The notes under the pieces are model-generated. The model saw only the letters and a list, made by a program, of their open reading frames with translations. It was not told where the DNA came from and did no database searches. A stretch of DNA of 59,008 nucleotides from a virus (Duplodnaviria > Caudoviricetes). The stretch covers positions 1-59,008 of IMG/VR virus record IMGVR_UViG_3300043777_000092; one strand, 5' to 3'. Positions 1 to 9,004 of this stretch are shown here, piece after piece. The translations under genes were made by a program, and so were the position numbers. Every line of letters starts with the position of its first letter. Within the stretch, counting starts at the first letter, position 1.

Positions 1-103
1 TCCGACAGGAAGTAGCCCGGGATCGCCAGATCGCAGGTAATTCACTATTTTTTCTGCCCAAGCAAGCATCTCCTCTTCCCTCGGGCAGTAGTCATGATTC
101 AAC

Positions 104-1479
104 TCAACCACCGTTCTGAAACTCATCACTCGCTTCTCCCTTCGCGTCCCGCCTACGCATCTGGAACCGGATGTAGTTACGTCCGCGCTGAGTGATCGAG
201 TACCACCCATTAAAGCCACCTGAAATATAGCCCTGACTGACGAGCGCCCACGCAGTCAGCAATGTGCGGCCCCCAAAGTGAAGATCGCCATACTGACTCT
301 TTTCCATGCGAATCAGCGTTTCACGTTGCACGCGGGTCATCGCTCGCTTCTCCCCTCTCGAGTTGCTTTCGTGCCCATTCTTTGTCGGCTTCCGCTCCTA
401 AATCCAGCATTGCCCGCAGTTTATTCACGATGGCAGTATCCGTCGGTGGAATCTTTTCCCGCTCGCACTGCTTAACAATCATGTCTATCAGTTCGTTTCC
501 GCTCATTTCTGCCCCTTCTCATCTCCGATGGCGGCCAGGAGTTCGCACTTTCTGCATTTCGGTCTGAAATTGCAGCAGCCTAAGCCGCTTGGATTTGACA
601 AATCGCGCCCACACGTCACGCAAAACTCATGCGGCATCGCCTCCGCCAGCCCCGTCGTCCGGTCGATGCGGGCCGATATGACGGCAATTCGTTGAGCATC
701 CTTCAAAGATTCAACTTGGAATGTCGCAACTTGCGCTTCGAGCACCCGAATCCGCTCTCCCTGCTGCTCGTCATTCCGTTTCGCTTCGGCAAAGATCTTG
801 GCCCGCTCCGCATTTTGCTGTTGGATGATCTGATCCTGCACCCGAATCCGCTTCTCTTTTTCGGCCAGCGTGTCAAGAAGCCATTCAATGCGGTGCTCCA
901 CAGTAAATCCATCGGTGTGACGGCGAATCATGTCTATCTCTTCGTTCGTCAGGATCATGTCTTTCCCTTTCCGGCTGCGCGAAGGGCATCAAGGCGTTCT
1001 CTTGGTTCTTTGCATTCCGAACATCTCACTTCTTTCTTACATAATCCGTTACCGCTATTGAATCGCGCCGCCCACCACTCCGCCTCTTCGGCCAGCAGCT
1101 TGTCGAGCGCCTGCTTCGCGTCCCACAGCGTCATAGATCGGAGCTTCTGCGCCACATCCTCGGCTTTCATTTCCGATGCGATGTTGGCAGCGACAAGCCA
1201 GATCGAAGCGTCGTGCTGGTCGAGCGCGGAGGCGTCGGCGTCGGGGATGAGGGTGAGAATGGCGCGATGGCAGGCTTCGCCGCTTTTCCACGTTGCGTGC
1301 TCCCCGCGCGTATAGGTAGCATCAGCCGCCAGCCGCAGCGCCGCTGCCCGTTCGAGCTGGATGCGCTCCTCGCAGTCGGCTTGGGCTGCGCTCCAGCCAA
1401 TTTCGGCAATCCAGCGTTCCGATTCGTTCAATTCAGTGTTTGTTCCGTTAAGCCCGTCGAACCACTCCTCGAATGTCAT
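104..1479 (-). CDS. Four tandem small hypothetical phage genes (104-340, 321-506, 503-958, 955-1479)
   Basis: Overlapping minus-strand ORFs with ATGA couplings and purine-rich RBS; helical composition; no recognisable family. Confidence 0.7.
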
Positions 1480-1502
1480 GTGCCCCCCCCTTCTGGCTAC
1501 TC

Positions 1503-2498
1503 TCAGGGCTTGAAGAACTTGACGTGCCGCTCGGTGTGCGCTGGCACGGAGTACGCCTTCTTCGGTACGTCCTTGATCGACACAATCCAGTCACCCACGA
1601 CCAGCTTCTCCTGGCCTTCGGAAGCGTGCGACTTCATCTCCGATTTCAGATCATCGTCGAGCGCCTTATACTCGCGGAAGGCAGGTTCCAGTTCCGCGCG
1701 CCGCTCGAGCTGCGCCGCAAGGTCGCCCACCGATTCCTCGTCGAAGATTACGGCGCCTGGCCCGAAGGACAGATCAGGGAGGCACACATCGTAAAACTCG
1801 CACTCGCTGCAATAGTCGGCATCGGCAATCTTGTCGGACTCCTTTGGCATCTGGCGTATCTGGATGAGGTTGTTGACCCACTCCGCTTTCTGGATCATGG
1901 CTTCGGCGGTCTGGTAAATCTTGTCATCCATCGTGAATTCGAGGATCTTGATACTACCCTTGGTTTTGGACTTCAAGAGAAGCCAGTAGCGGTCCACGCC
2001 TTGCAGGACCATGTACAGAGCGAGCTGCTTGTACCACTTACGCAGCCAGTCTTGCTCCGCCTCGGCTATGTCCTCCGGCTTGTTGATCTTGTCGAAGGTG
2101 AATGGTGAGCACGACTTCACTTCGACATTGATCTTCTCACGGAAGCCTTCCTTCCAGATTTTCAGGTCCTTGCGGCCGCTGATCTGGTAGGCAGGCCATG
2201 CCATTTGGGACTCTTGGTCAGAGACGATGAAGCCCGCGTCTTCGAGGTCGCGCTTCACCATGCGCGCTTGGTCGTTACCCTCGGAGAAGATCATGGCGAG
2301 GTCGGCACCGATCTGACGGCGCTGCTCAGGCGGAACGGTGCGCATGTAAACTGCGTAGGCTCGGCAATCGTGGGCTAGGGTCGTCGGCCAATTTGACATC
2401 GCAAGCGTGCCACCGCTGCGGCGTCCGGCCTTGTACTTCTCGTAGGCTTCCACTACGGCCTGCGGAGTGAGTTGCGGAGTCTTGGTTTCAGTCTTCAT
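1503..2498 (-). CDS. PD-(D/E)XK exonuclease (Cas4/YqaJ-like recombination nuclease with probable metal-binding Cys)
   Basis: Motifs ISGRKD...VEVKS, QLALYM and C-terminal CSECEFYDVC plus an N-terminal Cys; AAGGAG RBS before ATG at 2498. Confidence 0.8.
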   Translation of the reverse strand: MKTETKTPQLTPQAVVEAYEKYKAGRRSGGTLAMSNWPTTLAHDCRAYAVYMRTVPPEQRRQIGADLAMIFSEGNDQARMVKRDLEDAGFIVSDQESQMAWPAYQISGRKDLKIWKEGFREKINVEVKSCSPFTFDKINKPEDIAEAEQDWLRKWYKQLALYMVLQGVDRYWLLLKSKTKGSIKILEFTMDDKIYQTAEAMIQKAEWVNNLIQIRQMPKESDKIADADYCSECEFYDVCLPDLSFGPGAVIFDEESVGDLAAQLERRAELEPAFREYKALDDDLKSEMKSHASEGQEKLVVGDWIVSIKDVPKKAYSVPAHTERHVKFFKP

Positions 2499-2513
2499 TG
2501 AGCATTTCTCCTT

Positions 2514-2529
2514 AGTCCAAATTTGGACT
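2514..2529. repeat. 16-bp palindrome AGTCCAAATTTGGACT, copy 1 (abuts the exonuclease RBS)
   Basis: Perfect inverted repeat, identical at 6657, 16933, 31380 and 37197. Confidence 0.95.
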
Positions 2530-2532
2530 TCT

Positions 2533-2619
2533 CGGGGGCTACCGGCCCAGCCTGCAAACCGCCTGCGAGTTCGCACTCTCGCCACGGTTCACGGCAGCCC
2601 CCGCTTGCTCTACAGCAAG
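2533..2619 (-). ncRNA. Small intergenic structured RNA element candidate
   Basis: 12-bp stem 2533-2544/2592-2603 (one G-U on the minus strand), inner stems 2557-2561/2585-2589 and 2564-2575, adjacent hairpin 2604-2619. Confidence 0.45.
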
Positions 2620-2620
2620 A

Positions 2621-3031
2621 TCAAAATGGAATGTCGTCCTCCACTGGGACCAACGCAGGCTTGGATTCCTGCTTTGGAGCAAGCAGGGGAGTGTCGAAGC
2701 ATTCCCATTCGACGATTTCCTCAACATGCGCTGGCACAACCTGCTCTGGAACGACCCGGCTGCCGACGATCTTCTTTTTGCAAATCTCGGAACGGGAAGC
2801 GACGGCTTCAATGGTGATGTCGCCAACCTTCTTTTGCAGTCTGAAGTTACCGTAGTCGTCGTACACCTTCTCGCATGAGCCAAAGTTGCGGGCTACCCTT
2901 TCCATGTCCGCGCGGCTGTGGACGTTGTAAAGGTGAATTACATTGGCGTCGTGGGGAGGTGCCACCTCCGGGTGCTTCTCGAACCAGTCAGCAACCTTTC
3001 GGAGCGACTGGGCGTACTCTTGGTTGTTCAT
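2621..3031 (-). CDS. Hypothetical protein with SSB-like C-terminal tip (EDDIPF)
   Basis: AGGAG RBS, ATG at 3031; ends PVEDDIPF. Confidence 0.7.
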   Translation of the reverse strand: MNNQEYAQSLRKVADWFEKHPEVAPPHDANVIHLYNVHSRADMERVARNFGSCEKVYDDYGNFRLQKKVGDITIEAVASRSEICKKKIVGSRVVPEQVVPAHVEEIVEWECFDTPLLAPKQESKPALVPVEDDIPF

Positions 3032-3041
3032 GGTGCTCCTT

Positions 3042-4334
3042 TCAGAATGGAATGTCTTCGTCCTTGGCCTCATAGGGCATCGCGGTCTGTACGGGCGGAT
3101 CGCGCTGAATGATTGGCGTCCCGTCCTCAAGCCATTCGTACTGTCCGATCTTCGATGCGCCCACGATGCGCCAACCTTCTTTCCCACTGCTCTTGGCCTT
3201 GTACGCCTCGACGGTGAAGGTGCAATCCCAGTGCGAGCGCGCAGCGAGGTCCAGAAGCTCGAACACGGTGTACGGGCGGGTTCCACCCACTTCCAAAGTC
3301 TTATTGTCGAAGACGAAGAAGTCCACCTTGTTCATTGACACGATGCCGTAGGGCGACCCACTCGCAGTCTTGAGCTGCTTGAACGCTTCCACCCGGCCCC
3401 AGTTCTGCGGAGGGATGACCGCCTTCGGCAACCCTGTGGCTGCCGAAGGCGGGGCCTGGGGTGCCGGAGAAGCGTTTGAGGCAGCCTGGGAAGGTTGCGT
3501 CGGGTTAGGCGGCTGCTTCGGCTGGCTGGACTGAGTAGCGGGCTTCGATTGCGGCTCCGGCGAGTCGTCCTCGTCTCGGTTGCCGCCAAAGTTGGCACGC
3601 GGGATCTTGGTAATGTCCATACCTGAGTCCTTCAGGTCGCGCAGGGTGGGAGTAAACCCCAAGGCGTCCACGGCCTTGTTGAACGAGTTCGTGATGGCGT
3701 GCTTGCGCACATTTCCGCGGTTGATGTCTGAAAGTGGGCGGTAGGCGTTGAGCTTGCGCGCCTTAACCCTGCCGTGCTGGTCGCACAGCGTTCCGTATGG
3801 CATAGCCTGCCGGCAGGATGGGCACCCGTAGAACGTGAACGCTACTCCGTGGAACGGGTGCCGCGTCGAGCAACTGCCCATCACGCGCACTTCGCGCCCA
3901 TCGGCGGTCAAGACGTCTACCCACTGGTCGTACTCGATGAAATGGCCAAGTTCGTCTTCGTCGCGCCGCTCGATCATTTCCTTGTCCGGCATCCAGAGCG
4001 CACCGGCCCAAGCGAGAATGTTCTGACAGACCCTTAAAGGCATGTACGCCTTTAGTTTAAGCAGGTCGTCCTCGGTCTTGGTCTTGTAGCTGGCGAACAC
4101 AAACAGGTCGCGTGGGTCCGTTTCGGACGCAATGAGCTTTACGATGCCCTTGAACTGCTTGATACGCCGTTCAGCAAGGTCAAGGCTCATTTCCGGGCTT
4201 AGAGGCTGTCCCGGCTGCGCAAGCACGGCAGAGGGCACCTGTGGGGCAGGAATGATGGCTTGGACGGCACTCTCGGGTATCACCGTGACGACTTTCTCGG
4301 TTACTTCTGCTTCAGCCTTCTTCCGGGGTGTCAT
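3042..4334 (-). CDS. Putative single-strand annealing/ssDNA-binding protein (N-terminal domain, P/Q linker, beta-rich C-terminal domain, EDIPF tail)
   Basis: Near the exonuclease gene; CPSC motif; low-complexity linker; SSB-type acidic DIPF tail. Confidence 0.5.
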   Translation of the reverse strand: MTPRKKAEAEVTEKVVTVIPESAVQAIIPAPQVPSAVLAQPGQPLSPEMSLDLAERRIKQFKGIVKLIASETDPRDLFVFASYKTKTEDDLLKLKAYMPLRVCQNILAWAGALWMPDKEMIERRDEDELGHFIEYDQWVDVLTADGREVRVMGSCSTRHPFHGVAFTFYGCPSCRQAMPYGTLCDQHGRVKARKLNAYRPLSDINRGNVRKHAITNSFNKAVDALGFTPTLRDLKDSGMDITKIPRANFGGNRDEDDSPEPQSKPATQSSQPKQPPNPTQPSQAASNASPAPQAPPSAATGLPKAVIPPQNWGRVEAFKQLKTASGSPYGIVSMNKVDFFVFDNKTLEVGGTRPYTVFELLDLAARSHWDCTFTVEAYKAKSSGKEGWRIVGASKIGQYEWLEDGTPIIQRDPPVQTAMPYEAKDEDIPF

Positions 4335-4837
4335 TCTTCCTCCGATTCGTTCCATCGGGCCGCGATGTTCACGACGCCGAGATAGATTAGAAATAGCCAG
4401 AGTGCGGTGATCATAGCTGCTTTTCCTTGTCGCGGATTTCTAGAACGATTTTCGTCAGGTTCGAGATCATCTTGCTTACAATCAGCAACATGAAACAAAC
4501 CATCAGCAGGCCGAGGTTAATCGCCATAAGATCTGTCTTCATCGCTTGTGGGGCTCCACGCCGCTCCCGTCGTCCCAGCCGTCAAGTTGGTCGCCGGATT
4601 CGTACTGCCCCTCGGCCTCGTCGAAGCGCGTTCCCACTCGGATGAACGCACCGATGACGATGGCAAGCACTACTGATCCCGCAAGCGAGATCACGCCCCA
4701 CATCAGTAGGTGCTTCACGGCTTCACCCCCGGCGTAAACGCCACAGCCGCGAGCCACCCAGCCGCGATGAGGAACAGCACCCCAATCGCGCCCATCAGAT
4801 CGTTGCGGAATGCTGCGCTGCGAAAATAGGAGTTCAT
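4331..4837 (-). CDS. Four coupled hydrophobic micro-ORFs (4331-4414, 4411-4542, 4539-4718, 4715-4837)
   Basis: Translated by hand; each has one hydrophobic helix and they are joined by ATGA/GTGA stop-start overlaps. Confidence 0.65.
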
Positions 4838-4977
4838 TGCGCCTCCTGACAGACGCGGGGATTGCGCTTACACCAGTTTCTGTTCCCGCAACGCTCGCTG
4901 CAAAATCTCTTTCGCGGGCCGCGCGTCCCGGGCTTTCTCACTGGAAGCTTCTTTCCACATTCGCGGCATTTGTGCAT
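4834..4977 (-). CDS. 47-aa zinc-finger protein (CGNR-like)
   Basis: MHKCRECGK...RFCSERCGNR; GGAGG RBS; first gene after the promoter. Confidence 0.7.
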   Translation of the reverse strand: MHKCRECGKKLPVRKPGTRGPRKRFCSERCGNRNWCKRNPRVCQEAQ

Positions 4978-4997
4978 CAGGAACCTCCAATGCGCGG

Positions 4998-5026
4998 ACA
5001 ATATTCCTTGTCAAAGTAAATGTCAA
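4998..5026 (-). promoter_or_regulatory. sigma70-type promoter for the early/recombination operon
   Basis: TTGACA (5026-5021), 17 nt, TATTGT (5003-4998) in an AT-rich gap; overlaid by an imperfect inverted repeat ATTCCTTG/CAAGGGAAT and a second TTGACA. Confidence 0.7.
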
Positions 5027-5045
5027 GGGAATTCGCAAACTATTT

Positions 5046-5447
5046 TTAGGATTGTACGGCGGAGATTACCACGGTGCTCAATTCACCATTGGCTTCGGCT
5101 TGATTGAGGGCTTCCTCGATCATATCGGTGGCAGGCTTCGACTCGTAAATCTCGTAGTCGCTGATCTTCTCGTCGGCGCATAGGATGCACCCGTCCGAGT
5201 CTGTCGCCCGGTTACCCCCGTGCATCTCGATCTCAGTGCGCCCAGGCACATCGAGGTGCGGCGTCGGCCGCTGGAAGCGGTTGCTCCAAAGCATTTTGAC
5301 GGGGTAGGTTCCTGCGGGGACCATCAAGGATGTAGGTTCCAAACAAAAAGAGACAGGGCGACCATCCAAGGAAATAGTTCCCGTGGTGGTCGCCCTGTAC
5401 TCTGAAGTCTCGGGCGCGTCTTTCGTCCGATTGACCTCGATTTGCAA
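5046..5447 (-). CDS. DUF5675-like (L,D-transpeptidase-fold) protein, candidate endolysin
   Basis: VPAGTYPV, VPGRTEIEMHGGN..DSDGCIL His/Cys motif; end of the lysis block. Confidence 0.7.
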   Translation of the reverse strand: MQIEVNRTKDAPETSEYRATTTGTISLDGRPVSFCLEPTSLMVPAGTYPVKMLWSNRFQRPTPHLDVPGRTEIEMHGGNRATDSDGCILCADEKISDYEIYESKPATDMIEEALNQAEANGELSTVVISAVQS

Positions 5448-5450
5448 ACG

Positions 5451-5765
5451 CTACTTCTTGCGCTTGGCCGATGCCGCGAGCGCGTATTCAAGATCGAGCG
5501 CGGTCGCTACCGGAGGTGGCGCGGCACTCACAGTGAAGACTACGGTATCGGTCAGGCCATTGCCTTGGTCAAGCACAGACACGTTGGCCGTTCCGGCCGC
5601 GACTGCCGTGGCGATACCCGTATTCGCGTCCACCGTCACGGTCGCCGGGGTGTCGCTCGTGTAGACGAGCGGCCCGATCGGCTGGATTGACGGCGTAGTC
5701 GGATTTGACTCGACTACGGTCGGATCATAAACCTGCCCTACTGTTGCGCTTACTGGAGCTCCCAT
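5451..5765 (-). CDS. Small Ig-like (Big_2-type) protein
   Basis: YTSDTPATVTVDANTGIATAVAAGTANVSV pattern. Confidence 0.65.
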   Translation of the reverse strand: MGAPVSATVGQVYDPTVVESNPTTPSIQPIGPLVYTSDTPATVTVDANTGIATAVAAGTANVSVLDQGNGLTDTVVFTVSAAPPPVATALDLEYALAASAKRKK

Positions 5766-5804
5766 GAATCACCTCTTTTTTTAGATTTGAAGCTACGAAT
5801 CGCT

Positions 5805-6098
5805 TTACCGAAACCTTTTCTGCGCCGAACCCAGTGAATATTCCAGCGATAGCGCAGTCGCTTCTTCTGGCGGCTGAAGCGCTTGGATCGCCGCAAGCAA
5901 CTGCGCGAATCCTTGGGCTTGCGCTGTGGCCATCACTCCCAGCACCGTTGCCAGCGTCCCAAATCCAGCTTGGTCCGCGGCGCTCAACTTCTGGATCGCC
6001 TCCGTGATTTCCTTGCAGCATCTGTCATGGCGATCCGCGAGTCGCTTCTCGATTTCGTACAGAATCCTGATTACGTCTTCGATGTTTTGGCGTTCCAC
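5805..6098 (-). CDS. Coiled-coil hypothetical protein
   Basis: AAGGAG RBS with GTG start; C-terminal motif shared with 5451-5765. Confidence 0.6.
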   Translation of the reverse strand: MERQNIEDVIRILYEIEKRLADRHDRCCKEITEAIQKLSAADQAGFGTLATVLGVMATAQAQGFAQLLAAIQALQPPEEATALSLEYSLGSAQKRFR

Positions 6099-6110
6099 AA
6101 TTCCGTCTCC

Positions 6111-6872
6111 TTAGTTGACGATAGCGGTTAGGTCGGCCTGAAGCTGTCCAAGATTGAACAAATCAGGAGAAAGCCCCTTGCGCGCAACCCATGCGGGGGA
6201 GAGCAGGGCATACGCTTCGTCACAATAGGTGGTGAAGAACTCCCACGTCATTACCTGGCGCATTCCCCAAGTGATGCAGGTAAGCATCTCGCTCGCCGTG
6301 TCGTACATGGGCACCCAAACGTCGTGGCCGCCAACGATGCCTCCGTCGTTCGGCACCACGGTCCAAGGCTGTCCCGCCGCGTTTTGGTCCATGGCGCTTT
6401 GTGGGACGTTGAAGCCCATATCCAGACCACCGAACAGGTAGATTGCCTGCTGCGCGTGCAGCCAGTTTGTCGGATCGATGGCGGTGTAGGCGTCCAGCTC
6501 CACACCGCCGAAGCCATTCGCCCGCCAGTCGTTGAGGTTGTCGATCATGCTCTCGCCCTGGTCGGTCGAGGGATCGCCGGGAATGTACCCGCCGTCCGTC
6601 TCGTAGGCTTGGAGCACCACGCTGTCGGGGACTGTGACCATGCGCCCGTTGTCCAAAGTCCAAATTTGGACTGCATGGCCCTTCTTCGCCTCAGTGCAAC
6701 ACCCAAGGGTATCATTCAGAAACATCTGCCAATTGATTGCGAAGCCGCGGCTCCAATCAACTCGCGGCGGTGGCGCCGGCAGCGCAAGGCCAAGGTAGTC
6801 CTTGAACATCAGCCTGCGTTTGAGCTGGTCGGGGCGGGAGGGGTTGCGTCCAAATCTCTGTTGGCGCGGCAT
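6111..6872 (-). CDS. Papain-like (C1-type) cysteine peptidase homologue
   Basis: PPRVDWS, LNDTLGCCTEA (Cys), GGHDV (His), ITWG motifs. Confidence 0.65.
   Translation of the reverse strand: MPRQQRFGRNPSRPDQLKRRLMFKDYLGLALPAPPPRVDWSRGFAINWQMFLNDTLGCCTEAKKGHAVQIWTLDNGRMVTVPDSVVLQAYETDGGYIPGDPSTDQGESMIDNLNDWRANGFGGVELDAYTAIDPTNWLHAQQAIYLFGGLDMGFNVPQSAMDQNAAGQPWTVVPNDGGIVGGHDVWVPMYDTASEMLTCITWGMRQVMTWEFFTTYCDEAYALLSPAWVARKGLSPDLFNLGQLQADLTAIVN
6657..6672. repeat. 16-bp palindrome copy 2 (within the peptidase gene, encodes VQIWT)
   Basis: Exact AGTCCAAATTTGGACT. Confidence 0.95.
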
Positions 6873-7465
6873 TAGTAAATCTCGATCTCAGGATGGTAGT
6901 TGGCGATTGCTACAGCGTTAAAGTCGCGTTTGAAGTCTTTGACATTCTTGTACAGCTTCGGCGCCACCGGAAGCGTGGTGCCGCCAGCGGTGACGGTCGT
7001 GGATAGCACCTTCGTGTTCGCACCCGCAGTCGTCGGCAGTTGCCCGAGGAAGCCCGCAATCGCTGCGAGGAGTATCTGGGCAAGCCCGAGCACCACGGTC
7101 ACGATGGGATTCCCGCCGATGTTCAGGGCGTTCAGGAACGATTGGATGTTGGTGCCCACGTCGGACAGGAACGTGCGGATCTTCGCAAGCAGTGTGGCCT
7201 TGTCTGCGACGTTCGTATCGTTGTTGTACTCGGTGATTGCTCCGCCGAGGCTGGCAAGGGCCGCGAGCGCGAGATTGATAGCAGCCGTCGCAGCCGGATT
7301 GATAAACGGCGTGACGAGCGAGAGGATTCCTTGGATTGCCGTGGTGGCTACCGGAATCCAGGCGGCAATGTCCGCGAAGGCGTTGCATCCCGTCATCGCG
7401 AACGGCGCGGTAAAAGCCCCAAGGATCAGAAATAAGACGTTACGGTTGAAACTGCGACGATTCAT
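6872..7465 (-). CDS. Twin-arginine/lipoprotein-like membrane protein
   Basis: MNRRSF N-terminus, AMTGC lipobox-like site, amphipathic helices; AAGGAG RBS. Confidence 0.6.
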   Translation of the reverse strand: MNRRSFNRNVLFLILGAFTAPFAMTGCNAFADIAAWIPVATTAIQGILSLVTPFINPAATAAINLALAALASLGGAITEYNNDTNVADKATLLAKIRTFLSDVGTNIQSFLNALNIGGNPIVTVVLGLAQILLAAIAGFLGQLPTTAGANTKVLSTTVTAGGTTLPVAPKLYKNVKDFKRDFNAVAIANYHPEIEIY

Positions 7466-7517
7466 AACTTCTCCTTCGACATTGGATTTTCCCTGGGGAA
7501 GAATCTTCCACCATCGG

Positions 7518-8711
7518 CTAGTGATGGTAAGAGTATCCACCGAACGAGTAGATGCCCGTCCAGCTTAGAAAGAACGCTAAGAACACCAAAAACAAGATCA
7601 GCCCCAGCACAATCAGCAGAGGTTGAGGAATCACCCATCCTGTGAGCGAAAGCAGCCATCGGCACAGGATAATCACGATGGCGAGACAGACGCAAAGAAC
7701 GACAAATCCGAGCATCGCGCTGATTGGATTGAACTGCATCAAAATCGCACTCAACATAGATGCCTCCTTATTTCAGCGGAGGGATAATAACACCAATCGG
7801 AGGTTCAGCGGGAGGAATCGTGGACTTCGAGACTGTCGTAACTTCCTGCGATGTCATCGGCGGCGGTGTCGGGTCCGAGCTGCCCTTGAGGGCGAGCAGA
7901 AGCGCACCCATAAAAGCGCCAAGGCCGGCGATCATGCTACCGATCATCATTGACGAATCCCATCCCTTATGGACCACGTACACCGTTACGGTGATATTGA
8001 GCAACACGAGCAGCAGCAGAATCAAAATCGCCCCACCGCGGGTTGCGAGCGAGTTGAGCCACGCTTGCCAAGTATTCATTTTGTCATCCATTTGAAAACG
8101 AGATTGATTGCGATGGTGATTGCCCCGGAGGTCGCCATGATCACCCATCCGAGCATCCACATGCGTCCGTCAAGATTCGATTTGGCGATCACCAAGGCGT
8201 CCACTTTCTTGATCAGTTCTTCGTGCTTAGAGTCATAGACTGCCTTGGTAACATAGTCGGCCCGCTCTTGATTCAACTGCGCCCGGAACTGATTCATTTC
8301 GTCGAGCCTACGCCCAAGATCGCCGAGAGCAACGAGGACAGCCTTATCTGCATCCATCGCCCTCTGTTGCAGGACGGACACTTGCTTGTCAAGTTGGTGG
8401 AACCTCTGCTCCTGTTCCTCGTCGCCCATGTGCCGTCATAGTAGCCAATCCCGCACTTCCCGCAAGTTAAATTTCAGCCTTCTTGGATGCACAGCACGAT
8501 GAACGCGACCACGGAGAGTGAAGTAGGCCACGGGCGCCTGCCCGGGCACTGGTGGATTCGGGACGTAAGCGCAATATCTCGGGATTCGGATCGTCAATCG
8601 GACGAGATCGACCTCTTCGCCCAAGTCTTCGATCTTCTCAACTACGAAATTGATTAGGACCGAGAACACCACCCCAAGCAGATATATGACCAGCCCGATC
8701 CACGTTGGCAC
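7518..8711 (-). CDS. Four small membrane proteins, holin/antiholin candidates (7518-7757, 7768-8079, 8076-8429, 8436-8711)
   Basis: One or two TM helices each; positioned between ejection genes and putative hydrolases. Confidence 0.55.
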
Positions 8712-8755
8712 GAGTGTGATAGTGGCCCCTCATGTACGTAACGTCAACGGTAAGT

Positions 8756-9004
8756 TTAGACCGTTCCAATATTTTGCAGAGCGCTCAGAAAGGGGTTGAC
8801 TTGCGTACCCGGTTTCATTGCCGTTTGGCCCGGCGTGGCCGGCGCCGCTGGTCCCGCAGGCGCTGCCGGATTTGCTGCGCCCGCGTTCGTCAGTGAAGGA
8901 TTGGGATTAGAGGCGTAAATAGTGGCAGGCGTGGCGGTAGCTCCGGCGCCCGCACCGGCAGGCCCTGCAAGCTGGAACATTTTGGGTGGCGTGCTATTGC
9001 ACAA
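8756..9004 (-). CDS. Small A/P/G-rich protein, probable internal virion protein (TTG start, MC N-terminus)
   Basis: GGGAG RBS 7 nt before TTG TGC at 9004; overlaps the stop of the giant gene. Confidence 0.5.
   Translation of the reverse strand: MCNSTPPKMFQLAGPAGAGAGATATPATIYASNPNPSLTNAGAANPAAPAGPAAPATPGQTAMKPGTQVNPFLSALQNIGTV

Noticed and set aside
1503-2498. Cas4 as part of a CRISPR-Cas system
   Set aside because: No other cas genes or array; the context is a phage recombination module
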